Assembly (NCBI RefSeq): GCF_001194135.2
Contig: NC_069002.1
Span: 33,240,900 to 33,294,603 of the forward strand
From: Octopus bimaculoides
Taxonomy: Eukaryota
Length of the DNA: 53,704 nucleotides
Reading direction: 5' to 3'
The notes under the pieces were generated by a model. It ran no database searches. It had not been told where the DNA came from and saw only the letters and a list, made by a program, of their open reading frames with translations. This document shows, piece after piece, positions 37,481-50,853 of the stretch (position 1 is the first letter of the stretch; every line of letters begins with the position of its first letter). The translations under genes were made by a program, and so were the position numbers.

Positions 37481-38530
37481 ATATAATGGAAAATATATTG
37501 GAGAAAACTTCAAGGCAGAATAATTCGAACTTACGAAGAATACAACTAAGAATTATACATTCAATATTTCAGTTCTATTATTCACTTTCACTTCTGTGGG
37601 TAGAATGGGTCTGTAAATGTAATTATAGTTATAATTACAAAGAAGAATAAACAAACATCGACGGAAAAAAACAACAAAAAGGGAGAAAAAAAATATTTTG
37701 GAAGATGTGCTTCTGTTTTTAACACTCTCAGTACTATATACAGGTTTATATATATATACTCACACGTAAACAAACACACCATACTCACACATATATAAAT
37801 ATATACACATACAAAACAGTATTTCGAAGAAGTGTTTGATAGTGAGCAAAACGCATCGATATACATACATACAAACATACATACATAGATACACACACGC
37901 GCTCGTGCGTGCGCTCACACACACACACACACACATATATATGTACATATGTATGAATGTATACGCATTTATATGTATCAGGAATATTTCCAGAGAACTG
38001 CGCTATTCTTAAGCGGATACGAGTAGAGAATATTGTAATATTATTGTCTAAATTCCATTTTTGAAAGTGTGTGAAACTGTTCAGTTGAGGTGAAAATTAC
38101 TCCTAGCAAAGTAATATTATTGCATAAAAGAGATTTTCGTTTTTGTAAACTGATTCTCTTTTAAAACATCTTTGCTCTTGAAATAAAGTTTTGTTTCTCT
38201 TATGTGGGTGATCTTCTTCATTTTGTTTTTGGTTTTTTTAATTTATTCTCTTAGAAATACATTATGAAAGGAATGGATTTTTTTTTCTTTGAAGAAACTG
38301 TTGAGAATTGGGATGGAAAATAATTGTATTATTTAGGGAGATGGGAACAAAGAATAAAACTATACAAAACACAAAACATAACAAAATAAAACAACATGTT
38401 TTTATGATTTAGTTTCTTAAAGTGAATGATAAAAATTCTAAAATACTCGGAACGTTCCATAAAATAATCTTCAAATAAAAACGAAATAGGAGATAAAATT
38501 CCGTCTTTTAATGTTTCGTTTTGCTTTTAC

Positions 38531-38615
38531 GTAAAACTTCAGAAGAAACGAGAAACCAGCGGCAAGAAATTGGTATCAAGTTCTGTTTTTCCTTGATAGC
38601 ATGATAAACCTTTCT
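38531..38615 (-). CDS. Candidate 85-nt exon (RKVYHAIKEKQNLIPISCRWFLVSSEVL, phase 0 to 1)
   Basis: Long pyrimidine-rich acceptor ttctcatttatttcattcaaatccgtttggcttcag and TAC|gtaaaa donor, with one frame open throughout. Confidence 0.22.
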
Positions 38616-39585
38616 CTGAAGCCAAACGGATTTGAATGAAATAAATGAGAATGACTTTAGTGAAGACNNNNNNNNNNNNNNNNNNNNNNNNNNNNNNNNN
38701 NNNNNNNNNNNNNNNNNNNNNNNNNNNNNNNNNNNNNNNNNNNNNNNNNNNNNNNNNNNNNNNNNNNNNNNNNNNNNNNNNNNNNNNNNNNNNNNNNNNN
38801 NNNNNNNNNNNNNNNNNNNNNNNNNNNNNNNNNNNNNNNNNNNNNNNNNNNNNNNNNNNNNNNNNNNNNNNNNNNNNNNNNNNNNNNNNNNNNNNNNNNN
38901 NNNNNNNNNNNNNNNNNNNNNNNNNNNNNNNNNNNNNNNNNNNNNNNNNNNNNNNNNNNNNNNNNNNNNNNNNNNNNNNNNNNNNNNNNNNNNNNNNNNN
39001 NNNNNNNNNNNNNNNNNNNNNNNNNNNNNNNNNNNNNNNNNNNNNNNNNNNNNNNNNNNNNNNNNNNNNNNNNNNNNNNNNNNNNNNNNNNNNNNNNNNN
39101 NNNNNNNNNNNNNNNNNNNNNNNNNNNNNNNNNNNNNNNNNNNNNNNNNNNNNNNNNNNNNNNNNNNNNNNNNNNNNNNNNNNNNNNNNNNNNNNNNNNN
39201 NNNNNNNNNNNNNNNNNNNNNNNNNNNNNNNNNNNNNNNNNNNNNNNNNNNNNNNNNNNNNNNNNNNNNNNNNNNNNNNNNNNNNNNNNNNNNNNNNNNN
39301 NNNNNNNNNNNNNNNNNNNNNNNNNNNNNNNNNNNNNNNNNNNNNNNNNNNNNNNNNNNNNNNNNNNNNNNNNNNNNNNNNNNNNNNNNNNNNNNNNNNN
39401 NNNNNNNNNNNNNNNNNNNNNNNNNNNNNNNNNNNNNNNNNNNNNNNNNNNNNNNNNNNNNNNNNNNNNNNNNNNNNNNNNNNNNNNNNNNNNNNNNNNN
39501 NNNNNNNNNNNNNNNNNNNNNNNNNNNNNNNNNNNNNNNNNNNNNNNNNNNNNNNNNNNNNNNNNNNNNNNNNNNNNNNNNNNNN

Positions 39586-39646
<61 letters not shown>

Positions 39647-39960
39647 TGTGTGTGTGTTTATGCATGTGATTTGGAATGCGTACATCTATTTGAGTTGTAC
39701 ATGATTTCTTATTTAAGCACGTAATCACATGTTTTATGTGCGTGTGCGCTTGAGTATGTGTGCATGTGTGAGTGTTTCTGAATGCAGTGGGGAGTAAATT
39801 GCGGAGTGAAAACATCCGATCATATCGATCCATTAGTAATGTGGTACAAAGTTTATCTCCTCCTGAAAACTGAGAAAAAACTAAAAACCCACAACGGAGG
39901 AATTTAATTCCTGCCTCAAGGTACGGCACCTTATACCGCAAAGGATATCATATCACGCAC

Positions 39961-39983
39961 CGTTGATTTTCCTCATCCGCCAT
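39961..39983 (-). CDS. Candidate start-codon exon, MADEENQ(R)
   Basis: aaagATGGCGG context (YY1/Kozak-type AAGATGGCG) followed by CG|gtgcgt donor, in a locally CpG-enriched stretch. Confidence 0.25.
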
Positions 39984-40356
39984 CTTTAAAAGAACCCAAA
40001 CGATCCTGTTCGACAAAAATGCAGTTCACTCTCAAAACGATTAGGAATTAGTTAGGGATCATTTGCATTTCCTTCTGCATCATTCCTCATAATTTCAAGC
40101 TCCACATTTCTTTGATTACACACACACACACACGCACGCACACACACACACACATACACACACACACAACCACACATGCACGCTCTTTATACACCAGTAA
40201 AGGAGTGAATGGAGAAACGAAAAAAATGGGCGGTCAATAAATCTCTTATGAGTTACATGTATTGGGCTCCATGCGATGCGAACACTCAGGATTCTAACAG
40301 AAGCCTGCTATACACACACACATACACACACACACACACACACTCACACACGCACA

Positions 40357-40440
<84 letters not shown>

Positions 40441-40753
40441 TTATAAGGGATAAAAATCCAAATTTACAGGTAANNNNNNNNNNNNNNNNNNNNNNNNNNN
40501 NNNNNNNNNNNNNNNNNNNNNNNNNNNNNNNNNNNNNNNNNNNNNNNNNNNNNNNNNNNNNNNNNNNNNNNNNNNNNNNNNNNNNNNNNNNNNNNNNNNN
40601 NNNNNNNNNNNNNNNNNNNNNNNNNNNNNNNNNNNNNNNNNNNNNNNNNNNNNNNNNNNNNNNNNNNNNNNNNNNNTATATATATATATATATATATGTG
40701 TGTATGTGTGTGTGTGTATAAGTGGTTTCTCCTTCCTCTCCTCCAAGTTTTAC

Positions 40754-40777
40754 CTTGTTATTTTATTCCTGTCAGAC
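40754..40777 (-). other. Candidate 24-nt micro-exon (SDRNKIT if coding in phase 2, otherwise UTR)
   Basis: tttttttttaaactcag acceptor and AAG|gtaaaa donor, length divisible by 3. Confidence 0.3.
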
Positions 40778-41919
40778 CTGAGTTTAAAAAAAAATTAGCA
40801 AATAAAATAATTTCCTTGGCGAATTTCTCATCAGTGACTGCGCCATTACACTAGCATATAATTAAGAGACGAATAACACGTGTTTCATCGTTATATATTA
40901 TAATTTTTCAAATTCACCGCGCAAGCGCAGTTTCAGTCGCCCATACATACATATATATATATACATAAATGCATTACATATTTATGTGCATGTATATTCA
41001 AATATGAGTTTAAGTCAGCTCGAGCGATATATGCAATATCGAACACACATACTGAGGGTATGTGTTTTCCTAGCAAAACTCCTTAAGTATGTATTTTCGA
41101 TATATATGTATGCATATATACAAACATATACATACGCATAGAAACATATTTAGAAATATTTATATATATGTACATGATGCCAATATCCCAATTCAGTCTC
41201 GTATCTTGCAAAATTTATGTGTTGGATAATTTTGCATCAGAATAAAATCTTTGGAAATGTAAATATTTGTTTGTAATGTGCTCATTCACACCCTGTCCTC
41301 AAATCACGCAATATTGCAGAAGGCAATAACCACAAAAGCGGAATATAATATCTGATGCGTTCAATGTGCAACACCTCTTTCAGTTCACGTCAATGCATCA
41401 TTTTCATGTAAGATAACGTTTCTTATCAAACAAGTCATATTCCCTTTATTTCTCCTACTCAATAGAATTTCATGTGAATAGTTTAATTTAAAAGAAAAGA
41501 CTGTATCTGTGACGTGTGAACTATAAGAACTGACAACACCGTGATCCGGTGCCAATCTTTTTATCTGAACGTCCAACACATCCTGTGTACTCATTGAATA
41601 AAGAAAAGTCACCTGTAGCTTTTTATTGGTTAAGTACCTGCTCTTAAAGTTTTGCGTACAAATCTTCTCAAAGTCAACTAAGACTTTCATCTTTTCGAAT
41701 TCAATTAAGAAAAATACAAGTCAAGCACCGAAATCGATCGTCTAACGCGTCGATGTATAATAGCGCTGGCCTTTTGCCTAAGTTAGGAATTCTTATAAAC
41801 GTAATTGCCAGTATGCCGATGGCAAAGATGACTCACTACCGACGTTTATATTAAATATAAATGCTTAGAAATTTTAATTAAAATTATTGGTTTGTTTTAT
41901 TTTATAAAATATATGCTAT

Positions 41920-42620
41920 TCCTTGAAGGGTTTCCTTGATGCTGCACGTCAGGGAGTTTATACAATGTTCCAAGAAGGTAAGTGGTGCCACTTGTCACCC
42001 ACTTTCGACTCAGAATCCTTCCGATGCTTCGATACGATTCTTGAGTTTGTCTATATCTAGACTAAGATGTGTTACTTTTTCTTTCTTGTAGGTCCTTTTC
42101 TTAGTTTGAACTCATTGTCATCATGACCAAATCATGATTACAGTTGATATCGACACAAGGGTAAATGAAGATGGACGTGAACTTTTGAGATGAGAAGATG
42201 AAGTCAATCCGGTTGCGATTCCTATATTTGGGTGCATCCATGTCGATCTGCGTGAGATCTTGCGTTGTAACAGATTTTGGCTAGGGTTACCTTCTGCTTG
42301 CTAGCAAGTTCTAGGAGTGGCAGTCCATGGTCTTTGGTTTCCCCGATTCCGAATCGTCACACAATCGCAGCCTGCTGGTTATATGCATCCGGACAAATTT
42401 TGGTGTCCCAGACCCCGGGGAAAATATGGAGATCTTTTTTAGGAGCTATCCTGGCGATTTCTGCAGGTATTCATAGAATTCGTCGACATCATCATCATAT
42501 ACAAGGATCTGCGCATAAGCTTGTATGATAGTAATACTCTGCAGCCACACGTATAGCGATAAGGCTGCTAGATATTGGTGCACAGCTGATCACTGAACTT
42601 AATTGGGTTTTGTCAACGTT
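41920..42620 (-). mobile_element. RTE-clade LINE relic: APE endonuclease domain and linker
   Basis: Frameshifted minus-strand translation SRRSTWMHPN / RNRIDFIFSSQKF...YPCVDINCNHDLVMMTM carries the IDFI and SDH-like APE motifs. It continues APLTFLEHCINSLTCSIKETLQ. Confidence 0.85.
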
Positions 42621-42994
42621 GAAGTACTCTGTAAGTTCAGAATTGGCCTCATCCTCGCTTGTCCAAGGTGCTGCTTTGGGACTGAACCCGGAAACACTAA
42701 TGCAATAAAATGTACAAGTATGATATAATCTTTCCTAACATACGCACAGGATCAAAAATTTGTGGGGTTGGATTTGCTTGATTGTATTGACACCTAGGAC
42801 CTGATTATTAATCTAGTAAAGGAACAGGAAACGACAGCACTTGAACCCACGAGGCCTGATTTTTTAAGGGAGTGGGTAGAAGATTATATCAACCCCATCA
42901 TTTGTCCTATTCTTATTTTTCTCAACGACGCGACAAGGAAAAGGGCAATTTGAACTCGGAATATAAAAGATGGACTAGATGGCGCTAAGCATTT

Positions 42995-43222
42995 TATACG
43001 GCGTGCTAAGTATTTCTTTTTACACAAGGCCCAAACTTTGAAGGAAGGGGGCTAGTCGATTAGATCAACCACAGTACGCAACTGGCACTTAAGTTATCAG
43101 CCACAAAAAGACGAAAGGCAAAGCCGACCTCTGCAGAATTTGAACTCAGAACGTAAATACAGACGAAATACCGCTAAGCATTTCATCCGGTGTGCTAATG
43201 ATTCTGCCAGTTCGCCACCTTA
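42995..43222 (-). mobile_element. SINE type A, near full length
   Basis: acacaaggcccaaactttg...ggcaaagccgacctctgcagaatttgaactcagaacgtaaatacagacgaaataccgctaagcatttcatccggtgtgctaatgattctgccagttcgcc. A more diverged copy lies at about 42730-42990. Confidence 0.92.
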
Positions 43223-44768
43223 AGCTCAGAACGTATAGATATTTTGTAAATAATTCTGTAAATGATAATAATAATATTTTCTAAACTTAAAGCTTATAAG
43301 CGATCACCGTGCAATCACTAGAGAAAGTAGTGTACTATTGGAGCATGTAAGCCCTCGGGTTTCCGATACGGGTTTCCAATACACATGGGGGAACAATCCA
43401 ACAACTCTTTGTTTCCACAAGTGTGTTTACCATTTCACCAACTTTTTGTAGAACGATCGAACGATTTTTATGGTAGATGGTTTGGAAGCAAATTTTTAGT
43501 CATTACAGGACGTAGATTTAAGAAACGATTGCCTAATGTGAACTAATGAAATAATAAACAGAATGTCTTGGAGGCTCTTAATCCTACAACCCTGGCTCAA
43601 GGAGAACGAATTGTGCAGTATTTCATACTTCTATGAACAATAATCACACTATAATTTATTCTCTGAAACATTCCCCTGATTCCTGACCTTAAGTTTTGAA
43701 ACACCCCTAAGGAACACAGAAACTTATTTCATGTATATTTCTTCTCTGTGAATTCCCATCCTATTTTACTGCATTTAATATTTAAAATTAGTAGGCGCAT
43801 ATCACCCTTTCCAGTAAATATATCCACGTTCAGCTATGCTTTTTACTATTGTAATGCACTCATCAGAAACGACGCATTCTTTCAGAAACCAAAATATCTG
43901 CCTTCATATATTGCCCTGAAGCGCAGGAACACAAGGCGTGAAATTGTGTAGTTTTATCCTGCCTTCAGTTTTAATGTGAAAACAAACACTGTAAAAGAGT
44001 TTCTAAATTTAATTTCCTATCATTTTTCAACACACCATCCTAAAAAGAGACATAAAATAGTAATTTTATTCTGCTAAGCTATTTTTACATTTCAAGCCTT
44101 TGATAGTTGCTTCAGAAGTTATAATGCTAAACGGGATTCTAGCACAAAATGCTGTCGAGCCCTGTGACTGCCTGTAATTATGTAAATTGGAATATTCGTC
44201 TCCTAATGGCAAATAAATACTAATGCCATGATGATAAAGGCGCTAAATTATACATGACCGACAAATCCAGGATGAAAATTATACATTAAATAGACTGAAA
44301 ATATTATTAAATCTCGGATTCACGAATCCAGTCAATTTCTTGCTGAAACTGGGAAAAGTTTACAATTGTTTTGACGAAATATATTTAGATTTTTAGAGAT
44401 AGTCAGAGAGATAATGAGGAACAGAGTAAAGAACAAAGAGAGACGGGAACAAGTAAATGTTCGCTTTCATTTGATTAGTCTTCCATTCATTTCCTTCGAT
44501 TCGCCATGGGATTTCATGGCTTAATTTTTCATGTGTAGAAAGTTTCTATTAGAAAATTAACCTACATGTTTCTCAACTGACACGGTCTGAATATTTATCG
44601 TGCTGAAACTCCGTTCCTCAGTATATTTTTAACTATTAAGAAACAACTAAACTCATAGTTGACAAGTCATTTTAATATTTCTGTATAATTCCAAACCATT
44701 ACAATGCGTTTTCTGTTATCAAATGTAAACCAAATACCCGCTTTCTATATTCTTTTATTCTTTTATTC

Positions 44769-44946
44769 TTTTACTTGTTTCAGTCATATGACTGCGGCCA
44801 TGCTGGAGTACCGCCTTTAGTCGAACAAATCAAACTCAAGACTTATTGTTTGTGATCCTAGTACTTATTCTAACGTTCGTATATGCAGAACCGCTAAGTT
44901 ACGTGAGCGTAAACATACCAAAATCAGTTGCCAAGCGACGTTGGGT
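44769..44946 (-). mobile_element. SINE type B 3' half
   Basis: ttttacttgtttcagtcatatgactgcggccatgctggagtaccgcctttagtcg...gaaccgctaagttacg. Confidence 0.9.
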
Positions 44947-45596
44947 CGGATTTGATCTTTGGTTGGCGGAACAATAACGCCAAGTATTAAACAGGTTTTC
45001 GAACGAGTCGGCAAGAATATGCTTGTAGAAATATGTGAAAGCAGGTGCTAGTGTTTACAATTTAATGAGTTGCCTGTCTATTTGTCTCTCAGAGTATGTG
45101 AAATCTCATATACAGATATACAAGGATATATATAGGTACGTATATACACACTTACATATATATATATATATATATANNNNNNNNNNNNNNNNNNNNNNNN
45201 NNNNNNNNNNNNNNNNNNNNNNNNNNNNNNNNNNNNNNNNNNNNNNNNNNNNNNNNNNNNNNNNNNNNNNNNNNNNNNNNNNNNNNNNNNNNNNNNNNNN
45301 NNNNNNNNNNNNNNNNNNNNNNNNNNNNNNNNNNNNNNNNNNNNNNNNNNNNNNNNNNNNNNNNNNNNNNNNNNNNNNNNNNNNNNNNNNNNNNNNNNNN
45401 NNNNNNNNNNNNNNNNNNNNNNNNNNNNNNNNNNNNNNNNNNNNNNNNNNNNNNNNNNNNNNNNNNNNNNNNNNNNNNNNNNNNNNNNNNNNNNNNNNNN
45501 NNNNNNNNNNNNNNNNNNNNNNNNNNNNNNNNNNNNNNNNNNNNNNNNNNNNNNNNNNNNNNNNNNNNNNNNNATATAAACACACACACACACACC

Positions 45597-45669
<73 letters not shown>

Positions 45670-46478
45670 TTATACATACTTATGGGATGGATGTATGAAT
45701 GCGTGGATGAATATGTATATATACGTACATTCATATAGCCCCACTCACGTAGATATACACATAGATAAATGGTTATGATTCTCATAAACATCACCAAATA
45801 AATTATATAATAAAATATAATGAGAGAACTACAGCAGAAATATATACGAGAATTCAGATAGGAAAGAAAAGAATACAAGATACAGGAACGAAACAATAAC
45901 AACAATGAAGAGAAGAAGAAGGACGAGAGGAAGAATAGGAGAGGGAAATAAAATAAATAAGAGTTAAAAGAGGTAGTGGAGGTGATAAGATGAAACGGAA
46001 GAAGAGAAAAATAGAAGAAAGACGGAGAAAAATATGGAAAACGGAGGACGGTATGAAGAAAAGTAAAACGTTATAATAATAATAATAATAATATAATAAT
46101 AATAATGGTAACTAATAATGATAATAAATATGAAAATGTAGTAGTTTTAGGAGTAGTAAAAGAAGTCGTAAAAGAAGATGAAGAAGAAATTCCCCTTCAG
46201 TATCATGCTCGTCAACATCATTATCTTTAACAGCAACGGCAGCAAATACCACTGTGGTCGCAACAGCAACAACTTGAAGAATTGTAACAAGAATTGCTTT
46301 TGCCTGCAAGTAATGGTACAATGCCAAAATGATTAGTGTTGAATTTGCTTATGGCATTGTGGTTAAACAAGGAAATGATAGATTTACTGTGTTCGAGATT
46401 TCTTAGAATTTAGTCTCAAAACCGCTTATTACAGCTTGTGCATCGCGTAATTCTTAGATTCTAAAGTTTCCTCTTCTC

Positions 46479-46524
<46 letters not shown>

Positions 46525-47547
46525 ATGTGTATGTTTATATATGTATGTGTGCACGTATCTATGCATGCATGTATAATGTGTACCACCAACTGATATCTAG
46601 ATGAAGGAAAAAGGGAAATAATAGGATTGATGTCACACATATAACTTCTATAACTGAATTTTAAGGGAACAAGGTTCCTGACATTTAGAGCGAACACTTG
46701 GGGTTTTCACTAATGGTACCCAATGAAGCTGAACCACAAGTACATTGGTTTTACTGAACAAAAGCAAAGAGTTATCTTAACAAATTTTGTTGGAACTTAA
46801 TCGTGTCCGAAAACATGAGCATACACTAGAGAATTTGAAAACCGCGAAGAGCTTTGAAGTTTGTTTCAGCGTCAGGGACCATAACAAAAGACAAAAACAT
46901 GTTAAGATTAAAGTCTAAAATAGAAACCTTATTGAAATTCAATTGACAAAAATGGTAGGTTTGACTGTGATATTATTGTAGTTTTTCTGGTCATCACTTA
47001 CCCTTTATTCTTTTGGACATTTTGTATAAAAATTAATAAGATACAATATTTTTTTTTTCTAATAGTAGAATGTAATTTGAAGTAAGTTGCGTCGTTATTT
47101 CTCTTAGGCTGCGCAGACACGTGGAGGTGGTGGTATTCCTTTATTTCTTGTAAAGGCATGAGAACACATGACATATTTCCATGCTATTCCCCTGCTCAGT
47201 GTTGAGTCTGTTGTTTATCTGAAAGCCTCAAAAATACACCAAAACCCCTGCGGGTACCTTTCAAACCTTTTGTCGAATGGAACAAGTCGAGGAATCAGTT
47301 TGCTCCAGTGCATGTGGATTATTCCCTACGGCTTTTCTTGAGTGCATAGCAAAGCCTGCTCCGTGCTGCAAAACCACGACGACCAAAATGGTTTTTAGTT
47401 AGAGGAGCGGTGTTTTGCCATTGTGCCTTCATGCTTGCACGAATTTAGTCCCGATACTGGAGTCGACTTTGGTCAAAGCTTCGAACTGAGATGCAGAACT
47501 GGTGCCAGATCCTGCGTATACACACACACGCGCGCGCACACACACAC

Positions 47548-47578
<31 letters not shown>

Positions 47579-47721
47579 CATCATCATCATCATCATTATT
47601 ATTACAGCTGCAAAAACATCGCAAAAATATCACCGTAAATTAGCTACACAGAGTTTCACGTTCCCGTTCGTCGGCCAGTTGTGATTGTGTGCGTGTCTAT
47701 GTGTTCATGCGTGTGTGTGTG

Positions 47722-47769
<48 letters not shown>

Positions 47770-48429
47770 CTTGTGTGCGTGTGTGCGTGTGTATGTCTGT
47801 ATTATTTGTATTGGATCGTGTTTAGTTCTAAGCTTCTAAATTCCATCAAGACGAAATTTTATTTACAAGTTCATCGACCTCACAATTAATGAAATTACAA
47901 TGAAGCATCCCATTGTTTCTTCGCAATGTCATTAATATGAAAAAAATAAAAGTCATCTTTTCTATTTTCTCTCTACCGCCATCTCTACTCCTCTTCTTTT
48001 CTCATTTTGCTATAGCTCGATCTTGCCTTCTTTCCTGCTATAACTCTTCCCTCTCGCCTCATTCTGTTTATTTCTCTTCTCTTCAACCAAACAATATCTC
48101 TTGGTGACGACATAAATTTCACCGTCTCTCACATTCTCTCTCTACCTATCAAATAATCCGTTTTCTTTTTCTCACGAACTCTCGGCCATAAATCTTCTCG
48201 GTCTCTCAATTTACATTCCTTCACGCAAACCCTCTCTCTCTCTGTGTTTGTCTCTGTCTCCCTGTGTGTCAGAGTACTTATCCCTTTCTCTCTTTCTTAC
48301 ACACACATTAACTCTTTCTTTCTCTCCCTCATCATTCAGCCGTTATACTTTTTCAGCATCTAACGCTCTCACCTAACCATACATGATATTCTCTCTTTAT
48401 ACATTCACTTCCTTGCACACAGACACATT

Positions 48430-48725
48430 ATTCTATTAGCCTCTTTGTCGAACCGCTAAGTTATGGGGACATAAACAACCCAGTAGTGGTTGTCAAGCGG
48501 TGGTAGGGGATACAAAACGCAAACACACGCGCGCACGCACGCACACACACACACACACACGCACACACACACACACATACACACACGCTCAAATACGACG
48601 GGCTTCTTTCAGGTTCCGTCTACGAAATCCACTCTTAAGATTTTTATGCAGCACGTGGCTGTAGTGGAAGACACTTACCCAAGGTGTCGCACAGTGGGAC
48701 TGAACTCAGAGCTATCTGATTGAGA
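48430..48725 (-). mobile_element. SINE type B, diverged
   Basis: gaaccgctaagttatggggacataaac...acgacgggcttctttcagg...gaagacacttacccaaggtgtcgcacagtgggactgaac. Confidence 0.9.
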
Positions 48726-49360
48726 AGGGGATGCAGCGTTCATTCAGTACGTAGTCTTCAAGAGCTGAATGGAAGTGAAAATATAAAATAAATTATAAAC
48801 TCTAAAATATAAAATTAAATTTAAACTAAAATATCGTTTATTACTGTAAAACGAATATGAGACATACATAAAACATACCCTCAAAAACACAAACATACCC
48901 GTACACACTGACACACTGACACACGCACTCTCATACACATGCACGCTCACATACATAGTGGTCTATTATATTCAACTTACTCGTGTAGGTTCGGGCATGT
49001 TAAGCATAATTATACATGATTGTATATCATACAACGGAGCTTAGTGCGTGTATAACATACATTTTATATTACTGGATACATTTATATATATGTATATATA
49101 GGTGTTTATCCATCTACAGCTACAGATACCTACAACATATACATGAATGTATTCATTGACGGACATTTAGTTTGAAACGTGCGTTGACAAAGAATACCTG
49201 ACAAGAGGAATGGAGATATTTATAGACTCAATCGGTTTATGTTGCTATAAATTATTCAGAAATATTTACTTACACATATCCATACACTCCAGTATATATT
49301 CATACCACTACACACACACACACACGCTAATATCTATATATCTCTCTATCTATCTATCTC

Positions 49361-49421
<61 letters not shown>

Positions 49422-49624
49422 ATATATATATCTATATATTTCTCCCTCTATCCCTCTCTCTGTATATATATTTGTCTCTCTCTCTCCATATATATATATA
49501 TATATANNNNNNNNNNNNNNNNNNNNNNNNNNNNNNNNNNNNNNNNNNNNNNNNNNNNNNNNNNNNNNNNNNNNNNNNNNNNNNNNNNNNNNNNNNNNNN
49601 NNNNNNNNNNNNNNNNNNNNNNNN

Positions 49625-50053
49625 GCCACATAAATGTGGCTGACCCCTAGGGGTGGATGTTACTGTTGCTTTTAGCCCCAGGAGGACATCTCCTCCAGCT
49701 GGCTTATCGGCACACTTCTGTGTCCTGTTTGTTTTGCCAAGGGAAGTTATCCCTCTCATCGTGATCTGTAGCACGAACGGACCCGGGTTTCAGGGTTATT
49801 TCCCTTCGTCAGCGCCCGATTTCCACCGATCTGCGATGAGAGAAGTAAATTCTTGGCAACTTTATGTATCTTTTTCCAGTGAAATTATTCACTGAAATTA
49901 TTCGTGCTACAGATCACGATGAGAGGGATAACTTCCCTTGGCAAAACAAACAGGACACAGAAGTGTGTCGATAGGTCAGCTGGAGGAGATGTCCTCCTGG
50001 GGCTAAAAGCAACAGTAACATCCACCCCTAGGAGTCAGCCACATTTATGTGGC
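49625..50053. repeat. 153-bp inverted repeat (49625-49777 / 49901-50053) with a 123-bp spacer
   Basis: The arms are reverse complements with 4 mismatches by manual alignment. Each outer end is itself a palindrome, gccacat-aa-atgtggc. Confidence 0.97.
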
Positions 50054-50556
50054 AATATACTTCACTTTATCGTGCAGTTACTGTTAATACCTAACTTAGA
50101 GAATTAACATTGCTTNNNNNNNNNNNNNNNNNNNNNNNNNNNNNNNNNNNNNNNNNNNNNNNNNNNNNNNNNNNNNNNNNNNNNNNNNNNNNNNNNNNNN
50201 NNNNNNNNNNNNNNNNNNNNNNNNNNNNNNNNNNNNNNNNNNNNNNNNNNNNNNNNNNNNNNNNNNNNNNNNNNNNNNNNNNNNNNNNNNNNNNNNNNNN
50301 NNNNNNNNNNNNNNNNNNNNNNNNNNNNNNNNNNNNNNNNNNNNNNNNNNNNNNNNNNNNNNNNNNNNNNNNNNNNNNNNNNNNNNNNNNNNNNNNNNNN
50401 NNNNNNNNNNNNNNNNNNNNNNNNNNNNNNNNNNNNNNNNNNNNNNNNNNNNNNNNNNNNNNNNNNNNNNNNNNNNNNNNNNNNNNNNNNNNNNNNNNNN
50501 NNNNNNNNNNNNNNNNNNNNNNNNNNNNNNNNNNNNNNNNNNNNNNNNNNNNNNNN

Positions 50557-50590
<34 letters not shown>

Positions 50591-50853
50591 TGTACACGAT
50601 TTTGCATTGTTATTGCATTTTGTTTACAATTATTCGGATATGTATTTTATTCTATAAATTTTATGGCCAAGGCGCACGAAATTTTCCGCAAAATTTCTAA
50701 ATAGCATGTCTCTCAATCATGAGTTCCTTACACATTACATTCTATAGTTAACGCCTTTACACGATTTGCGTTCGAAATTCGTTTTTATATGCTTTAGTTA
50801 CCATTTAACCGAATGCATGTTTTTTTCTTCTTTCTGCAATTGTGCAGACTCAC

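Larger units (their letters stand above)
864..50555. other. 19 assembly gaps (~9.3 kb N in total) scattered through this span: approx 864-1770, 4708-5050, 6425-6579, 7326-8278, 9394-9699, 12305-12576, 15188-16186, 18851-19161, 21657-22075, 22668-23288, 26074-26581, 27623-28025, 28625-29034, 30993-31560, 38668-39586, 40474-40676, 45177-45573, 49507-49624, 50116-50555
   Basis: Runs of N. Most are flanked by (TA)n on one or both sides, which suggests microsatellites that could not be assembled. Confidence 0.98.

Noticed and set aside
41385-41690. 101-aa minus-strand ORF (MKVLVDFEKICTQNFKS...)
   Set aside because: No recognisable domain, splice signals are ambiguous, and the length is within chance expectation for a window this size.
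41952-42100. Perfect AAG|gtaagt donor and a strong acceptor on the plus strand
   Set aside because: Both lie in the antisense strand of the RTE relic, where A-rich ORF sequence mimics splice signals. There is no evidence of exonisation.
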